A DNA stretch of 64,000 nt, taken from positions 144,080 through 208,079 of the forward strand of contig DHVJ01000015.1 in assembly GCA_002412595.1 (NCBI GenBank). The letters are read 5' to 3'. The stretch's first letter is position 1. Each line of letters begins with the position of its first letter. Of this stretch, positions 1 to 9,722 are shown piece after piece. Both the position numbers and the translations under genes were made by a program. Below the pieces are notes generated by a model. That model was not told where the DNA came from, did not search any database, and saw only the letters and a list, made by a program, of their open reading frames with translations. The stretch comes from Anaerolineaceae bacterium UBA5211 (GTDB lineage Bacteria; Chloroflexota; Anaerolineae; Anaerolineales; Anaerolineaceae).

Positions 1-1
1 C

Positions 2-868
2 GCCTACGGCGCAACGCGCAACCTGTTCAATGAATTCGGCGAGTGGCGCGTGATTGACACGCCCATTTCCGAAGCCACCATCGGCGGCGCAGCCGTCGGC
101 GCTGCCATGGCCGGTATGCGGCCGGTGGCCGAGATCATGTATGTCGATTTCACGCCCCTGACCATGGACCAGATTGCCAACCAGGGCGCCAAGAACCGCT
201 ACATGTTCGGCGGCAAGACCAGCGTACCCATGGTCGTGCGCACCGAAGGCGGCGCCGGGCGCGCCATCGCAGCTCATCACTCGCAGAGCCTGGAATCGCT
301 GTGGACGCATTTCCCCGGCATTTATGTCGTTATGCCGGCCACGCCCTACGACGTGAAGGGCCTGCTGAAAGCGGCCATTCGCGATAACAACCCGGTCATG
401 TTCATCGAACACAAGATGCTCTACAAGACAAAAGGCCCCGTGCCGGAGGGAGAATACCTCATCCCGCTGGGGGTGGCGGATGTCAAACGCAGCGGCAAAG
501 ACCTGACCATCGCCACCTATTCGCGCCAGGTACTGAACGCGCTGGACGCGGCTGAAGCGCTGGCCAAGGAAGGTATCGATGCGGAGGTGATTGACCTGCG
601 CTCGCTGAAACCGCTGGACACCCAAACCCTGATCGAGTCGGTCAAGAAGACCGGGCGCCTGGTGGGTGTGACCGAGGCTTATGAGAACACCAGCTTCGTC
701 AACGAAATCATGGCCGTGGTTAACGACCAGGCCTTCGATTGGCTGGACGCGCCCATGCAGCGCGTGGCAGCCGCCAACGTGCCCGTCCCACGGGCCGAGG
801 TGCTGGAGGATCTGGCCATTCCCAATGTCAAACGCATCATGGAAGCCTGTAGAAAGGTGATGAGTTAA
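2..868 (+). CDS. 2-oxoacid/acetoin dehydrogenase E1 beta subunit (5'-truncated by window edge)
   Basis: Frame open from base 2 (AYGATRNLFNEFGEWRVIDTPISE); transketolase-like motifs DTPISE, MRPVAEIM, HSQS, EVIDLRSLKPLD. Confidence 0.92.
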   Translation, partial: AYGATRNLFNEFGEWRVIDTPISEATIGGAAVGAAMAGMRPVAEIMYVDFTPLTMDQIANQGAKNRYMFGGKTSVPMVVRTEGGAGRAIAAHHSQSLESLWTHFPGIYVVMPATPYDVKGLLKAAIRDNNPVMFIEHKMLYKTKGPVPEGEYLIPLGVADVKRSGKDLTIATYSRQVLNALDAAEALAKEGIDAEVIDLRSLKPLDTQTLIESVKKTGRLVGVTEAYENTSFVNEIMAVVNDQAFDWLDAPMQRVAAANVPVPRAEVLEDLAIPNVKRIMEACRKVMS

Positions 869-2232
869 TGGCCGAGGAACTTTTCATTCCCAAGCTGGGC
901 CAAACAGTTGAACAGGTCACCTTGTTGAATTGGCTGGTCAAGGACGGTGACAAGGTCAAGCAGGGCCAGGAAGTGCTAGAGGTGGAAACCGATAAAGCCG
1001 TCTTCAATGTGGAAGCAGTGGATGACGGATATATCCATTTCGGGCCTTTCCAGACCGGACAGGTAGTGCCGGTGCTGACGGTGGTGGCTTTAATCGGTGA
1101 GCAGGACGAGACCTTTAAAGCCCCGCAGTCCAGCCCCGCCCCAACCTCGATAGAAGAAAACACACCAACGCCAAGTTCCACAGCCGCTCTGGCTGCAACC
1201 CAGGCAGCCGCAGCTCCTTCATCTGAAAAGGTCTTTGCTTCTCCGCGCGCGCGCCATCTGGCAGACCAGAAAGGTGTGGACGTTCGGCACGTGACGCCCA
1301 CGGGCAGCAGTGGAATGCGCGTGACAGAAGCAGACGTGATCAATTACCTATCTACAGAAGTGAAAGTCAGCCCGGTCGCCAAACGCATGGCCGCCGATGC
1401 CGGTTTGGATTTGCGCGCCGTCCAGGGCAGCGGGCAGCACGGCGAGATCACCAAAGCCGACGTAGCTTCAGCCCTGACCGCCCAACCGGCCAGCCCTGCG
1501 CAGTCCGCAGCGCAGGTGCCCCTGCCGCCCATGCAGGTCAGCGAAAGCCTGCCGCTGCTGGGTGTGCGCAAGGTGATTGCCCAGCGTATGAGCCTCAGCG
1601 CGCAGACCACCGCACGCGTTACCCTGTTGATGGACGCGGACGCTACCGACCTGGTCGCCCTGCGCGAAAAGTTGAAAGCCAAATATGAAGGCAAATGGGG
1701 CTTTGCGCCCGGTTACAACGAACTGCTGGCCAAAGCCTGCGCCATTGCCCTGCGGCGTTTTCCTTATATGAACGCGCGCCTGAACGGGGAGGCCATCGAG
1801 CGCCTGGCCGAGGTTAACATCGGCATCGCCGTGGACGCAGACCAGGGGCTGGTTGTACCGGTCATCCGCAATGTGGACCAGAAAGATTTGCAAACCGTCG
1901 GGAGTGAGTTCCGCCAGTATGTAGAGGAAGTGCGCGCCAATAAGATCAACCCCGACCACATCTCCGGCGGCAGCTTTACCATCACCAACCTGGGCATGTA
2001 CGACGTGGACGGTTTCACGCCAGTCATCAATCTGCCGGAGGCCGCCATTTTGGGCGTGGGGCGCATCGCCCCCAAGCCGGTGGTGCGCGGCGAGCAGGTG
2101 ATCATTCGCAAGATCGTCACCCTCTCGCTGGCCTTTGACCACCGTCTGGCGGACGGCGCTCCGGCTGCGCGTTTCCTGCAGTACATCAAGCAATTGATCG
2201 AGGAACCCGGCGAAGTGACGCTGACCAAATAA
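868..2232 (+). CDS. Dihydrolipoamide acyltransferase (E2): one lipoyl domain, two peripheral subunit-binding domains
   Basis: Lipoyl motif VETDKA; PSBD-like segments ASPRARHLA..GVD and VSPVAKRMA..GLD; catalytic DHRLADG; TAATG overlap with E1 beta. Confidence 0.95.
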   Translation: MAEELFIPKLGQTVEQVTLLNWLVKDGDKVKQGQEVLEVETDKAVFNVEAVDDGYIHFGPFQTGQVVPVLTVVALIGEQDETFKAPQSSPAPTSIEENTPTPSSTAALAATQAAAAPSSEKVFASPRARHLADQKGVDVRHVTPTGSSGMRVTEADVINYLSTEVKVSPVAKRMAADAGLDLRAVQGSGQHGEITKADVASALTAQPASPAQSAAQVPLPPMQVSESLPLLGVRKVIAQRMSLSAQTTARVTLLMDADATDLVALREKLKAKYEGKWGFAPGYNELLAKACAIALRRFPYMNARLNGEAIERLAEVNIGIAVDADQGLVVPVIRNVDQKDLQTVGSEFRQYVEEVRANKINPDHISGGSFTITNLGMYDVDGFTPVINLPEAAILGVGRIAPKPVVRGEQVIIRKIVTLSLAFDHRLADGAPAARFLQYIKQLIEEPGEVTLTK

Positions 2233-2252
2233 ACGTCATAGCAATGCAGTAT

Positions 2253-2282
2253 AGGCGGCAGATTTAATCTGCCGCCTTTTTT
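2253..2282 (+). terminator. Rho-independent terminator after E2
   Basis: AGGCGGCAGAT-tta-ATCTGCCGCCT followed by a T run. Confidence 0.85.
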
Positions 2283-2346
2283 AATCCACAGGAGGTAATT
2301 AAGTCTTTGAATTGTTTAGGCTTATTTTTTTGGTTAAATTTTGAGG

Positions 2347-2643
2347 TCACGATCCTCCCTGTGATGGTGTAGGTATTTTCTTCCCTTCCATTGCCATTGT
2401 GAATAGTTTTCGCGGATCGATGCCGGCCTTGTGCACTTCTTCAAACACACCTGGACTATAAATCTCAACCTCTTCCAATGCTCTGAAAATTGCGCTGGCA
2501 TCCTCATACGATAAGTTCCTGGGATCATATTTTGCCAGGATTTGTTGCACGGTTCTTTTTTGGCCATCCGACAAGGCTTTTGTCCGCGATTCTCCACCCT
2601 TTGGCTGAGAAGTGTTTTCCAAGCCGTTCAGTTTTTCTTTCAT
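2347..2643 (-). CDS. Small hypothetical protein (98 aa)
   Basis: ATG with AGGAG upstream; fills the gap between two terminators; helical-looking sequence. Confidence 0.6.
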   Translation of the reverse strand: MKEKLNGLENTSQPKGGESRTKALSDGQKRTVQQILAKYDPRNLSYEDASAIFRALEEVEIYSPGVFEEVHKAGIDPRKLFTMAMEGKKIPTPSQGGS

Positions 2644-2820
2644 TTCTCTCCTGAGTCTCCCTTTTCACACAAAATAAAAAACTGACCTGTTAAGAGTATA
2701 GCGATTAAGGCCGGAGAAATTAAGTTACCGGAATCATTTTCACACTTTTGATGGGTCATTTGCCGAAATGACAGTTGTCATAGACATTGCGGCGATGCCG
2801 CAACGGTCCATATCCCCCTA

Positions 2821-2855
2821 AAAAAAGCGGCTCACTAAATTTGTGAGCCGCTTTT
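2821..2855 (-). terminator. Terminator after rhamnose isomerase (possibly bidirectional)
   Basis: AAAAGCGGCTCAC-taaattt-GTGAGCCGCTTTT with A/T runs on both sides. Confidence 0.85.
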
Positions 2856-2865
2856 ATTCTTTATT

Positions 2866-4110
2866 TTACTGATAACCGCCGCTGCTGGTATGCAGGCCGC
2901 GGTCCGCCGCAATGCGGGCTTCGTAACCTGAATCACGGTAGGCCTGAACCGGGTCAACCGGCACACCCATCTCCTCGCGCACCTGGCGCAGCAGCGGGCG
3001 CACATCCGTGCGGAAGGTATCCACCAGAATTTGGTGCGCTTCCAAAACGCGCCCTTCGCGTTGAGCCTGGCCTAAAGCTTCCCAAGGCACCAGCAGCGCC
3101 TTGGCATAGGCTTCCTGGCAATTAAGCACTGAGTGAATCATCGGGGCTACTTTGCCCTCGATGTTATGGGACTGGTCAATCATAAAGGCGATATTGGCCG
3201 CGGTTTGCGCTGCCAAAGCGTCGCCGGAACCCAGCGCTTCCACGATGCTGGTGTAGATCAGGAATAACTCGAAAGGATTGACGCTGCCAACCATCAGGTC
3301 GTCATCAGCATAGCGATGGTTGTTGAAGTGGAAACCGCCCATCTTGCCCTCGTCCAACAGAAAGGCCACGATCTGTTCGATGTTTGCGCCCAGCGGGTGA
3401 TGGCCCAGATCGATCAACACCTGGGCCTGGTCACCCAACTTCAAGGAGAATAGATAAGAAGTACCCCAATCCGGGATATCTGTTGAATAAAATCCGGGTT
3501 CAAAAAACTTATACTCAATCAAGGCGCGCGCGCCGGCCGGCAAATGCGGCATCAGCTTGCGCAGGTTTTCTTCCACACGCCCCTTGCGCGCGCGCAGGTT
3601 ATCCTGCCCGGCGTAATTGGTGCCGTCCGCGAACCACAAACTGAGCACATCGCTGCCGGTTTTCTCAAGAATCTCGCAGCACTCGATCATATGCTCCAGC
3701 GCTTTCTGCTGCACAGCCGGATCGGGGTTGGCGATCGAGCCCAGCATGTATTCCTGCTCCTGGAAAACGTTCGGGTTGATGGCACCCAGGCGTACACCCT
3801 GCGCTTCGGCATACTGCCGCATACCCACGTAATCACCATCCTCGGGGACATCCCAGGGAATATGCAGCGCTACTGAGGGCGCAATGCCGGTCATTTTATG
3901 CACCATGGCAGCATCGTCTAGCTTCTGGCGGGTAGTTACTGCCGCGCCCGGCCAGGGAAAAACCTGAAAGCGCGTGCCGCTGTTGGCATAACCCCAACTG
4001 GGGGTTTCAATTGCCTGTTGTTTCAACCTATCTTTGATCAATTCCAGGTTCAAGCCTGCCGACCTGATCTTGCCAACCAGGAGCTCGTATTCGTCATAGG
4101 TGTTTGCCAT
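2866..4110 (-). CDS. rhaI: L-rhamnose isomerase (RhaI, xylose-isomerase-like TIM barrel)
   Basis: Motifs [53 protein letters not shown]. Confidence 0.9.
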   Translation of the reverse strand: MANTYDEYELLVGKIRSAGLNLELIKDRLKQQAIETPSWGYANSGTRFQVFPWPGAAVTTRQKLDDAAMVHKMTGIAPSVALHIPWDVPEDGDYVGMRQYAEAQGVRLGAINPNVFQEQEYMLGSIANPDPAVQQKALEHMIECCEILEKTGSDVLSLWFADGTNYAGQDNLRARKGRVEENLRKLMPHLPAGARALIEYKFFEPGFYSTDIPDWGTSYLFSLKLGDQAQVLIDLGHHPLGANIEQIVAFLLDEGKMGGFHFNNHRYADDDLMVGSVNPFELFLIYTSIVEALGSGDALAAQTAANIAFMIDQSHNIEGKVAPMIHSVLNCQEAYAKALLVPWEALGQAQREGRVLEAHQILVDTFRTDVRPLLRQVREEMGVPVDPVQAYRDSGYEARIAADRGLHTSSGGYQ

Positions 4111-4243
4111 GGTTCCCTCTTTTGCGTGATGTAATGGCTAGATTATAACACATGATTAGACAGGTATACAGGTTTAGAGAAAACTCATTTATAAACCGGT
4201 TTTTCCGGGTTTACAATACATTTTAATAATTATAAAGCAACGC

Positions 4244-4279
4244 AAAAAAATAAAAAAGCGCAGCGAATCGCTGCGCTTT
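4244..4279 (-). terminator. Terminator after BcsB-like gene
   Basis: Inverted repeat AAAGCGCAGCG/CGCTGCGCTTT; the A run on + gives a U tail on the minus strand. Confidence 0.8.
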
Positions 4280-4295
4280 AAATTTATAAACATGC

Positions 4296-6491
4296 CTATT
4301 TTTTGGTTTTATCCATAAACATCCACAAGATGAACAATGCGGTCAGCAGGACCGAACCGGCCAGCAGGTAAAAATTGGCTTTCTCCATATTTTGACCCAG
4401 AATGCGTTCATACCAGTGCAATTGTCCGTCTTCCACATCCGCAGCGGCACTGCCAGCTTTTTCAAGCGTCAAATAATGCGTATTGTTTTCGCCATCAATG
4501 ACAGCCACGTTGGCGGAAGTTGCCGGTTTATTCTCTAAATACGCTTGCGCCGCTGCCACCGCTGTGCGCAGCCCGGCGGCGGAGTTGCCCGCGATGCAAT
4601 ATAGTGCCGCGTCGTTTTCCGATTGGCGGGCGATTTGCAGCACGCCCAGGTCCTGTTCGGCGCCGCTCAGGAATTGGATACCGTTGAACGTCAGAGAAGA
4701 CAGCGAACCATCTGCTTCAAACGCCAGAGGCAGCACATCCTTCCAAACGCTGGCACCCAGCGTGCCTGAGCTGCCAATCAGTACAAGGGATTGCCCGCTC
4801 AGGTCCTGTGCACTGCCTTCTAAAAATGCGGCCGAAGGCTGCAATTGGCTGGCCGCGCTGTAAGTACCCAGCTGGAAAGCCAAATCGGCAGCATATTGCC
4901 AGCTCTGCCAATCGGCTGCGGCCGACACGAAGGTCAGCGTGGACAGGGTTTCATCCGTCAACAGCGCCTGTGGGAAATCATCCAGGAACAGGCCGCCTGC
5001 CTGGCCTCCGCCTTCTTCCAAAACCGGCGGCAGGTGCAGGTAAGAATCTCCCAGCACCGATACCCAGAAATTTCCGCTGCGCTCGTCGGCGCACAGGTCC
5101 TGGGGCACAATGCTGGTCGTGATTTCCAGGGTGTTCTTTAAGGGTTGGATAATATTAGGCGGCAGGATGATGCGCGCCAGGCCGTTCTCGGCCGACTGGT
5201 CGCTGAAGCGGACGCTGCCAATCTTGGAGCCGTTGATGCTGATCGTCAGGCTGGATTGCAGGTAATCGATCAATTGTGAATGGCGGAAATATACCTCGAT
5301 GTAGGCTTCCGGGTTGATATTGGCGTCCGCGGGCATATTAAAAGGAATCGTGAAGGTGGTATCGCCCAGGTTTTCGACCAGCAAGTTGTCCGTCGATAAC
5401 AAATCATCCATGGTCAAGTCGATGACGGCTTGCACGCTGCTGCCCGCCAGCTGGCTGATCACGGCCATTTGGCTATGCGCGTATGGCAGGAAATCCACAG
5501 CGGCCAGGCTGGCGCTGGCTTTTTTCAGTCCCGCTTCGCTCTCCCCGCTGACCAACAGCAGAGCCCTTTGGTCGTTCCAGGGAGAAGGCCGCAGCAACAA
5601 TAAACCATCCTCTGCACCCATACCCGACGGCAGCTGAAGTGCTTCCGCCCCCAACCCGCTGCCGGCCAGGTACGAACGCCAGGCATCCAGTTTGCCGATC
5701 AGGATCAATTGAGAATCCTGCAAATCAGACAGGCTGACCTGGTCGCTGGTCTTGATGCTGTAATCCAGTTGGCCCTGGCTGTGTTTGCCCAATCCCGCCG
5801 CCACGGCCAACAAAGCCGACAGGCTGGCTTCGTCCGAGTCGGCCGGAACAAGCAAGGTGACCGGATGGGGTTGGATGTCCTTTTCACTATAGAAGGGTTT
5901 CGGAAAATCGCGCAAACCCACATTTACCTGTTTTTGTGTGTACGTAAAGCGCAAGGTTGAATCCGCATTCAGGTAGAGCTTGGATGTAACGCCATAGGCG
6001 CAGGCATCCGCTGCGTCCCAACTTATGCGCAGGGTATTCTGGTTGGGAAACACGGCGACCCAGGCCGGATCGACCTCAAAACTGAGCGCGGTTTCCCCGC
6101 TGGTATCCAGCTCCGCGCTTGTAACCAGGTTGTCATTGAGGTAAACCTCAAATATCCCTTTGATCCCGGCTGGGTTTTCTGTTTCAGGGCTGCCGGAAAA
6201 GGCCTGCATCAGCGATTGGAAATCGCTGCGCAGCCGCAGCTCCAGCTGCAATGGCGCGCTCAAAGCCCAGTCCGCCGGTAGTTCAAAAACCGCCGCCGTC
6301 TCCTGATAAGGGCCGCCCAGGTTGAGTGAAGTGGAAAAATCCAGGTCAGAAAAGCGCAGTGTGAAATCCGAGGCATCCGCCTGGGCAGCTGCCGGAATAA
6401 CAAAGCCAGTCTGCAGCGGCGTAAAAGCCGCCAACGCCAGCCCCACCAAGACACTCAGCAGCCGGAAGGATTTTCGTTTCATTTTGCCCAT
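4296..6491 (-). CDS. BcsB-like cellulose synthase regulatory/co-polymerase subunit
   Basis: Signal peptide; two repeats of jelly-roll + flavodoxin-like units (F.LP.DW...L; YFRHSQ..SSLTISING..IGS; lone Cys then W/L..DS.L); C-terminal WYER amphipathic segment plus TM helix. Confidence 0.75.
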   Translation of the reverse strand: MGKMKRKSFRLLSVLVGLALAAFTPLQTGFVIPAAAQADASDFTLRFSDLDFSTSLNLGGPYQETAAVFELPADWALSAPLQLELRLRSDFQSLMQAFSGSPETENPAGIKGIFEVYLNDNLVTSAELDTSGETALSFEVDPAWVAVFPNQNTLRISWDAADACAYGVTSKLYLNADSTLRFTYTQKQVNVGLRDFPKPFYSEKDIQPHPVTLLVPADSDEASLSALLAVAAGLGKHSQGQLDYSIKTSDQVSLSDLQDSQLILIGKLDAWRSYLAGSGLGAEALQLPSGMGAEDGLLLLRPSPWNDQRALLLVSGESEAGLKKASASLAAVDFLPYAHSQMAVISQLAGSSVQAVIDLTMDDLLSTDNLLVENLGDTTFTIPFNMPADANINPEAYIEVYFRHSQLIDYLQSSLTISINGSKIGSVRFSDQSAENGLARIILPPNIIQPLKNTLEITTSIVPQDLCADERSGNFWVSVLGDSYLHLPPVLEEGGGQAGGLFLDDFPQALLTDETLSTLTFVSAAADWQSWQYAADLAFQLGTYSAASQLQPSAAFLEGSAQDLSGQSLVLIGSSGTLGASVWKDVLPLAFEADGSLSSLTFNGIQFLSGAEQDLGVLQIARQSENDAALYCIAGNSAAGLRTAVAAAQAYLENKPATSANVAVIDGENNTHYLTLEKAGSAAADVEDGQLHWYERILGQNMEKANFYLLAGSVLLTALFILWMFMDKTKK

Positions 6492-6500
6492 CCTGCCCGC

Positions 6501-7568
6501 TTAATCATCCTTGTCTTTTTTCTGGATCGCAATGTTATTCATGAATTCGTCCAGTCCTTCCTCAGTATCCAGTGTCTGCGCGCTCACCTCAGGATCCAAC
6601 TGGATTTGCTCGCTATCCTCCACCCCATAAATAAATGGAGCTGTAAACACCGCCTCAAGCCGCCGGGAAACCACACTGGATGCTTTCTGTGGGGTATGCG
6701 GCAGGATGATCGCGAAGGTGTCATAATCCCAGCGCGATACCAGATCGTTTCCTTTTAATTGCTCTTTGAAACGCCTGACCAGTTCCGTAGCCACCTTCTT
6801 GCGCGAGAAACCGGGCAGCACCCCGAATAACTCCGGCAAATTGACTATCGTCACCAAAATCACTGTTACAGGATATTGCCGGGCATCTCTCTCCAGCGTT
6901 GCCAGGGTTTTTTCCAGTGAGCGGCGCGTGATGGCCAGGCTCTCGGCATCCAGCGAGAAGCGCTGGATGAATTGGTTGAGCGGGATCTGCATGAATTCAT
7001 GCATGATCACGATCAGCAGCCCGGCCAACAAACCAATGCCGGCCGCAATGCCCAGGTTGCGGTACGTACGCGGCCGGATGGGCTGGCTGGTGGCAACTGC
7101 CTGATCCAGAAAATCAATCTCGAAAACCGTGAAATAGGAATTGATGTAGTAAATGCCATATTTGCCGATCTCATTGGCCAGCAGCGCGGCGGTCTGCGGA
7201 TCCGGGCCGTCCACATTCAACGCCAGGATGATCGATTCCGGATTCATCTCCGTGGCACGCTGGTATTGGGACAGGTCGATTGATTCGCTATCCACCGCCT
7301 TGAGTGCTTCTGTGTACACCCGTTCGCTTGACAGGATATCCGCGTAGGTGGAAAAGATTTTGAGTGTATCCAGCGCGCTGAACGCGCTGACCACATCTCG
7401 GCTGCTGGGCAGATTCTTATTGGGCGCGATGATGAAAGAGGCTTGTGAGCGGTAAATGGGCACGGTGGTGGCTGAAATGGCAGAGGAAATCACCAATGCG
7501 ATCAGCACGCATAACACAATCCACTTCCATCCCCCTCCGATGGCTTTGATCAATTGTTGTATAAACAC
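6501..7568 (-). CDS. Wzz/CpsC-like chain-length determinant fused to a catalytically degenerate GGDEF domain
   Basis: N-terminal TM, PIYRSQASFII, A...A..LANEI, P..PRTYRNL, second TM; C-terminal GGDEF fold with RWDYDTF in place of RxGGDEF; GTG start with GGAGG. Confidence 0.78.
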   Translation of the reverse strand: MFIQQLIKAIGGGWKWIVLCVLIALVISSAISATTVPIYRSQASFIIAPNKNLPSSRDVVSAFSALDTLKIFSTYADILSSERVYTEALKAVDSESIDLSQYQRATEMNPESIILALNVDGPDPQTAALLANEIGKYGIYYINSYFTVFEIDFLDQAVATSQPIRPRTYRNLGIAAGIGLLAGLLIVIMHEFMQIPLNQFIQRFSLDAESLAITRRSLEKTLATLERDARQYPVTVILVTIVNLPELFGVLPGFSRKKVATELVRRFKEQLKGNDLVSRWDYDTFAIILPHTPQKASSVVSRRLEAVFTAPFIYGVEDSEQIQLDPEVSAQTLDTEEGLDEFMNNIAIQKKDKDD

Positions 7569-7594
7569 AGACCCTCCCCAACTTATTTATTTAC

Positions 7595-7600
7595 ATTATA
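7595..7600 (-). promoter_or_regulatory. -10 element (TATAAT) for the Wzz-GGDEF/BcsB pair
   Basis: Perfect TATAAT on the minus strand about 27 nt upstream of the GTG start. Confidence 0.5.
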
Positions 7601-7621
7601 CAGAATATCGCTATAAAAATT

Positions 7622-8329
7622 TTAATCCAGAGGCGGCGCCAACACAAATTGTCGCCCCCATTCCGTTTCACTGCCCTGCGCAATGCAGGTCTGCAGGGTG
7701 GTATGGTAATCGCCCATATAAACCTCAAGGAAAACGCTGTTGACTGTCAACTGCTCGCCAGTGTCCAGGTCGATGAAGTTACTGTAGGGGTCATCCGGCT
7801 GCAGCGCCTGAAAATCCTTAATTTGGGTAATCTCGAAATCTTCATAATTTCCATCGCCGAACACCAACGAGATGATATCCCCCACTTTCAGGTTGAAGAA
7901 ATAGCGTCCAGCCAGGTAATTATGCGCCAACAGCCCATGGTTGCCGGCTTTCTGCCAGGGATACAGGAAATAAGTCGCTACTTCATCTTCTGTGCTGACA
8001 TACCCCGGATTGCTGGTTGGCTGGTAAACCACTTCCAATGCCAGCACGTTATCGACCCAAATGCCCACCACGCGGCCGGCTTCGCCGGTTTTTACATCCT
8101 GGATGAACTGGTCAAAAATCGGCAGCCAGTCGCTGGTTGCCGTTGCTTCAGGGGTGGGCGTAGGGGTTATTGTCGGGATAGGAGTAGATGTTGCAGTCGG
8201 TCCAACCGTGACTGTAAGCGTTTCGCTGCGCACAGCCGGGTTCTGCTGCGCCTGGGATTGAGGCGCACAAGACACAAACAGAAAAACCAGGAACAACAAA
8301 CCTTCTCGTGAATTTAATCCGCCAGTCAT
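7622..8329 (-). CDS. Sortase-like lipoprotein
   Basis: Lipobox-like FVSC; Thr/Pro linker; sortase-type triad LLAHN, F..LKVGD.I, TLQTC, WGR. Confidence 0.65.
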   Translation of the reverse strand: MTGGLNSREGLLFLVFLFVSCAPQSQAQQNPAVRSETLTVTVGPTATSTPIPTITPTPTPEATATSDWLPIFDQFIQDVKTGEAGRVVGIWVDNVLALEVVYQPTSNPGYVSTEDEVATYFLYPWQKAGNHGLLAHNYLAGRYFFNLKVGDIISLVFGDGNYEDFEITQIKDFQALQPDDPYSNFIDLDTGEQLTVNSVFLEVYMGDYHTTLQTCIAQGSETEWGRQFVLAPPLD

Positions 8330-8576
8330 CTCATCATCCTATGGATAATTCTACATGATTACCACGCTGCTTATTATCCATCTATTGATTAACAAAAATC
8401 ATTCTTCATCCTGTCGATTTTCGCCAATTTTTATCGCTAACATTCTTTCATAAGAAATTATCGTAGTCCTCCTGTATAATATTAATAATTATTCGCTATT
8501 TATTAATATCGATTCTGTTTTTTTAACCAATGCGTACAGCTTCCAGGCTGTCCAAATAACAACCTAGGAGGAATAC

Positions 8577-9707
8577 ATGAAAAACCGCACGTTCGTAATT
8601 GCTCTCATTCTGATCACAACTGCTTTGATTGGCTGGTATATCTATGTCAGCGCCCAGGCCAACGAGGCCCGTTCTGTTCAGGAGGTCAGCGTTGATTGGT
8701 GGGGTTCTGCCCACGCGGACACATCCGCCGAAGCCTTCACCCATTGGAACGAAGATGACCCGCCTGAAGTCCCGGTCAATTGCGCCAAATGCCACAGCGG
8801 TGACGGCTTCATCGACTATTTAGGCCAGGACGGCAGCACCGCTATGGCAGTGGATGCGCCCGCCGCGGTCAACTCCGTGATCAGCTGCGAAGTCTGCCAT
8901 AATGAACAGGCTGATTTGCTGGAAACCGCCAGCCTGCCTTCCGGAATTGAAGTCAAGCTGGGCAGCGGAAATAGCCTGTGCGCCACCTGCCACAGCGGAA
9001 CCAGTTCCGGAGCAACCGTGGACGAAACGGCGGCCGGATTCGACGCCGATGAGATCATGGCGGAAGCTGGCTTTGTCAATCCGCATTACGCTTTTGCCGC
9101 AGCCACCTGGCTGGGGGCAGAAGGTGAAGGCGGCTATCAATACGATGGAAAAACTTATGCCGCGCGCTTTGAGCATGCCGCGGGCGTGCAGTCCTGCACA
9201 GAATGCCACGATCCGCATTCGCTGCACATGCGCGAGGATTACGAAAGCGAAGCCGCCAATTTGTGCGCAGCCTGCCACTCCAACGTGAGCGGCTATACAG
9301 ATTACCGTGAAGTCTATGTGGACGGCATTGACTACGATGGCAACGGCAAGGTCGAAGGGCTTTACCACGAGATTGAAGGCATGCGCAGCGTCCTTTACCG
9401 CGCTATGCAGCAGTACAGCGCTGGACAAACTGAAAATGCCATCCTGTGGGCCGACCAATATCCCTATTGGTACATCGACACAAACCAGGACGGCGAAGTG
9501 AACGAAGGCGAAGCCGAATTCGCCAACCAGTTCTCCGGATTTACGCCGCGCCTGATGCGGGCTGCTTTCAACTTCCAATTCAGCGCCAAAGACCCGGCCG
9601 GGTATGTTCACAACGGTCAATACATGCTGCAGCTGCTGTACGACAGCATTGAAGACCTGGCAGCTGTGGTGGACGTGGATATGAGCGCACTGGTTCGTCC
9701 GGATTAG
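8577..9707 (+). CDS. Membrane-anchored pentaheme cytochrome c
   Basis: N-terminal TM; five CxxCH motifs (CAKCH, CEVCH, CATCH, CTECH, CAACH); DxDxxG loops; C-terminal DPAGYVHN..Y..LLYDSI; strong AGGAGG RBS. Confidence 0.92.
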   Translation: MKNRTFVIALILITTALIGWYIYVSAQANEARSVQEVSVDWWGSAHADTSAEAFTHWNEDDPPEVPVNCAKCHSGDGFIDYLGQDGSTAMAVDAPAAVNSVISCEVCHNEQADLLETASLPSGIEVKLGSGNSLCATCHSGTSSGATVDETAAGFDADEIMAEAGFVNPHYAFAAATWLGAEGEGGYQYDGKTYAARFEHAAGVQSCTECHDPHSLHMREDYESEAANLCAACHSNVSGYTDYREVYVDGIDYDGNGKVEGLYHEIEGMRSVLYRAMQQYSAGQTENAILWADQYPYWYIDTNQDGEVNEGEAEFANQFSGFTPRLMRAAFNFQFSAKDPAGYVHNGQYMLQLLYDSIEDLAAVVDVDMSALVRPD

Positions 9708-9722
9708 GCGGAGGAAGTGAAT

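Noticed and set aside
1468..2193. 241-aa minus-strand ORF
   Set aside because: Antisense shadow of the E2 gene; no motifs.
868..2232. Two PSBDs in E2
   Set aside because: Duplicated binding domains occur in acetoin-type E2 proteins; not unusual enough.
7649..8311. 220-aa plus-strand ORF
   Set aside because: Antisense to the sortase-like gene, which has signal peptide and catalytic motifs.
8820..9620. 266-aa minus-strand ORF
   Set aside because: Shadow of the cytochrome gene.
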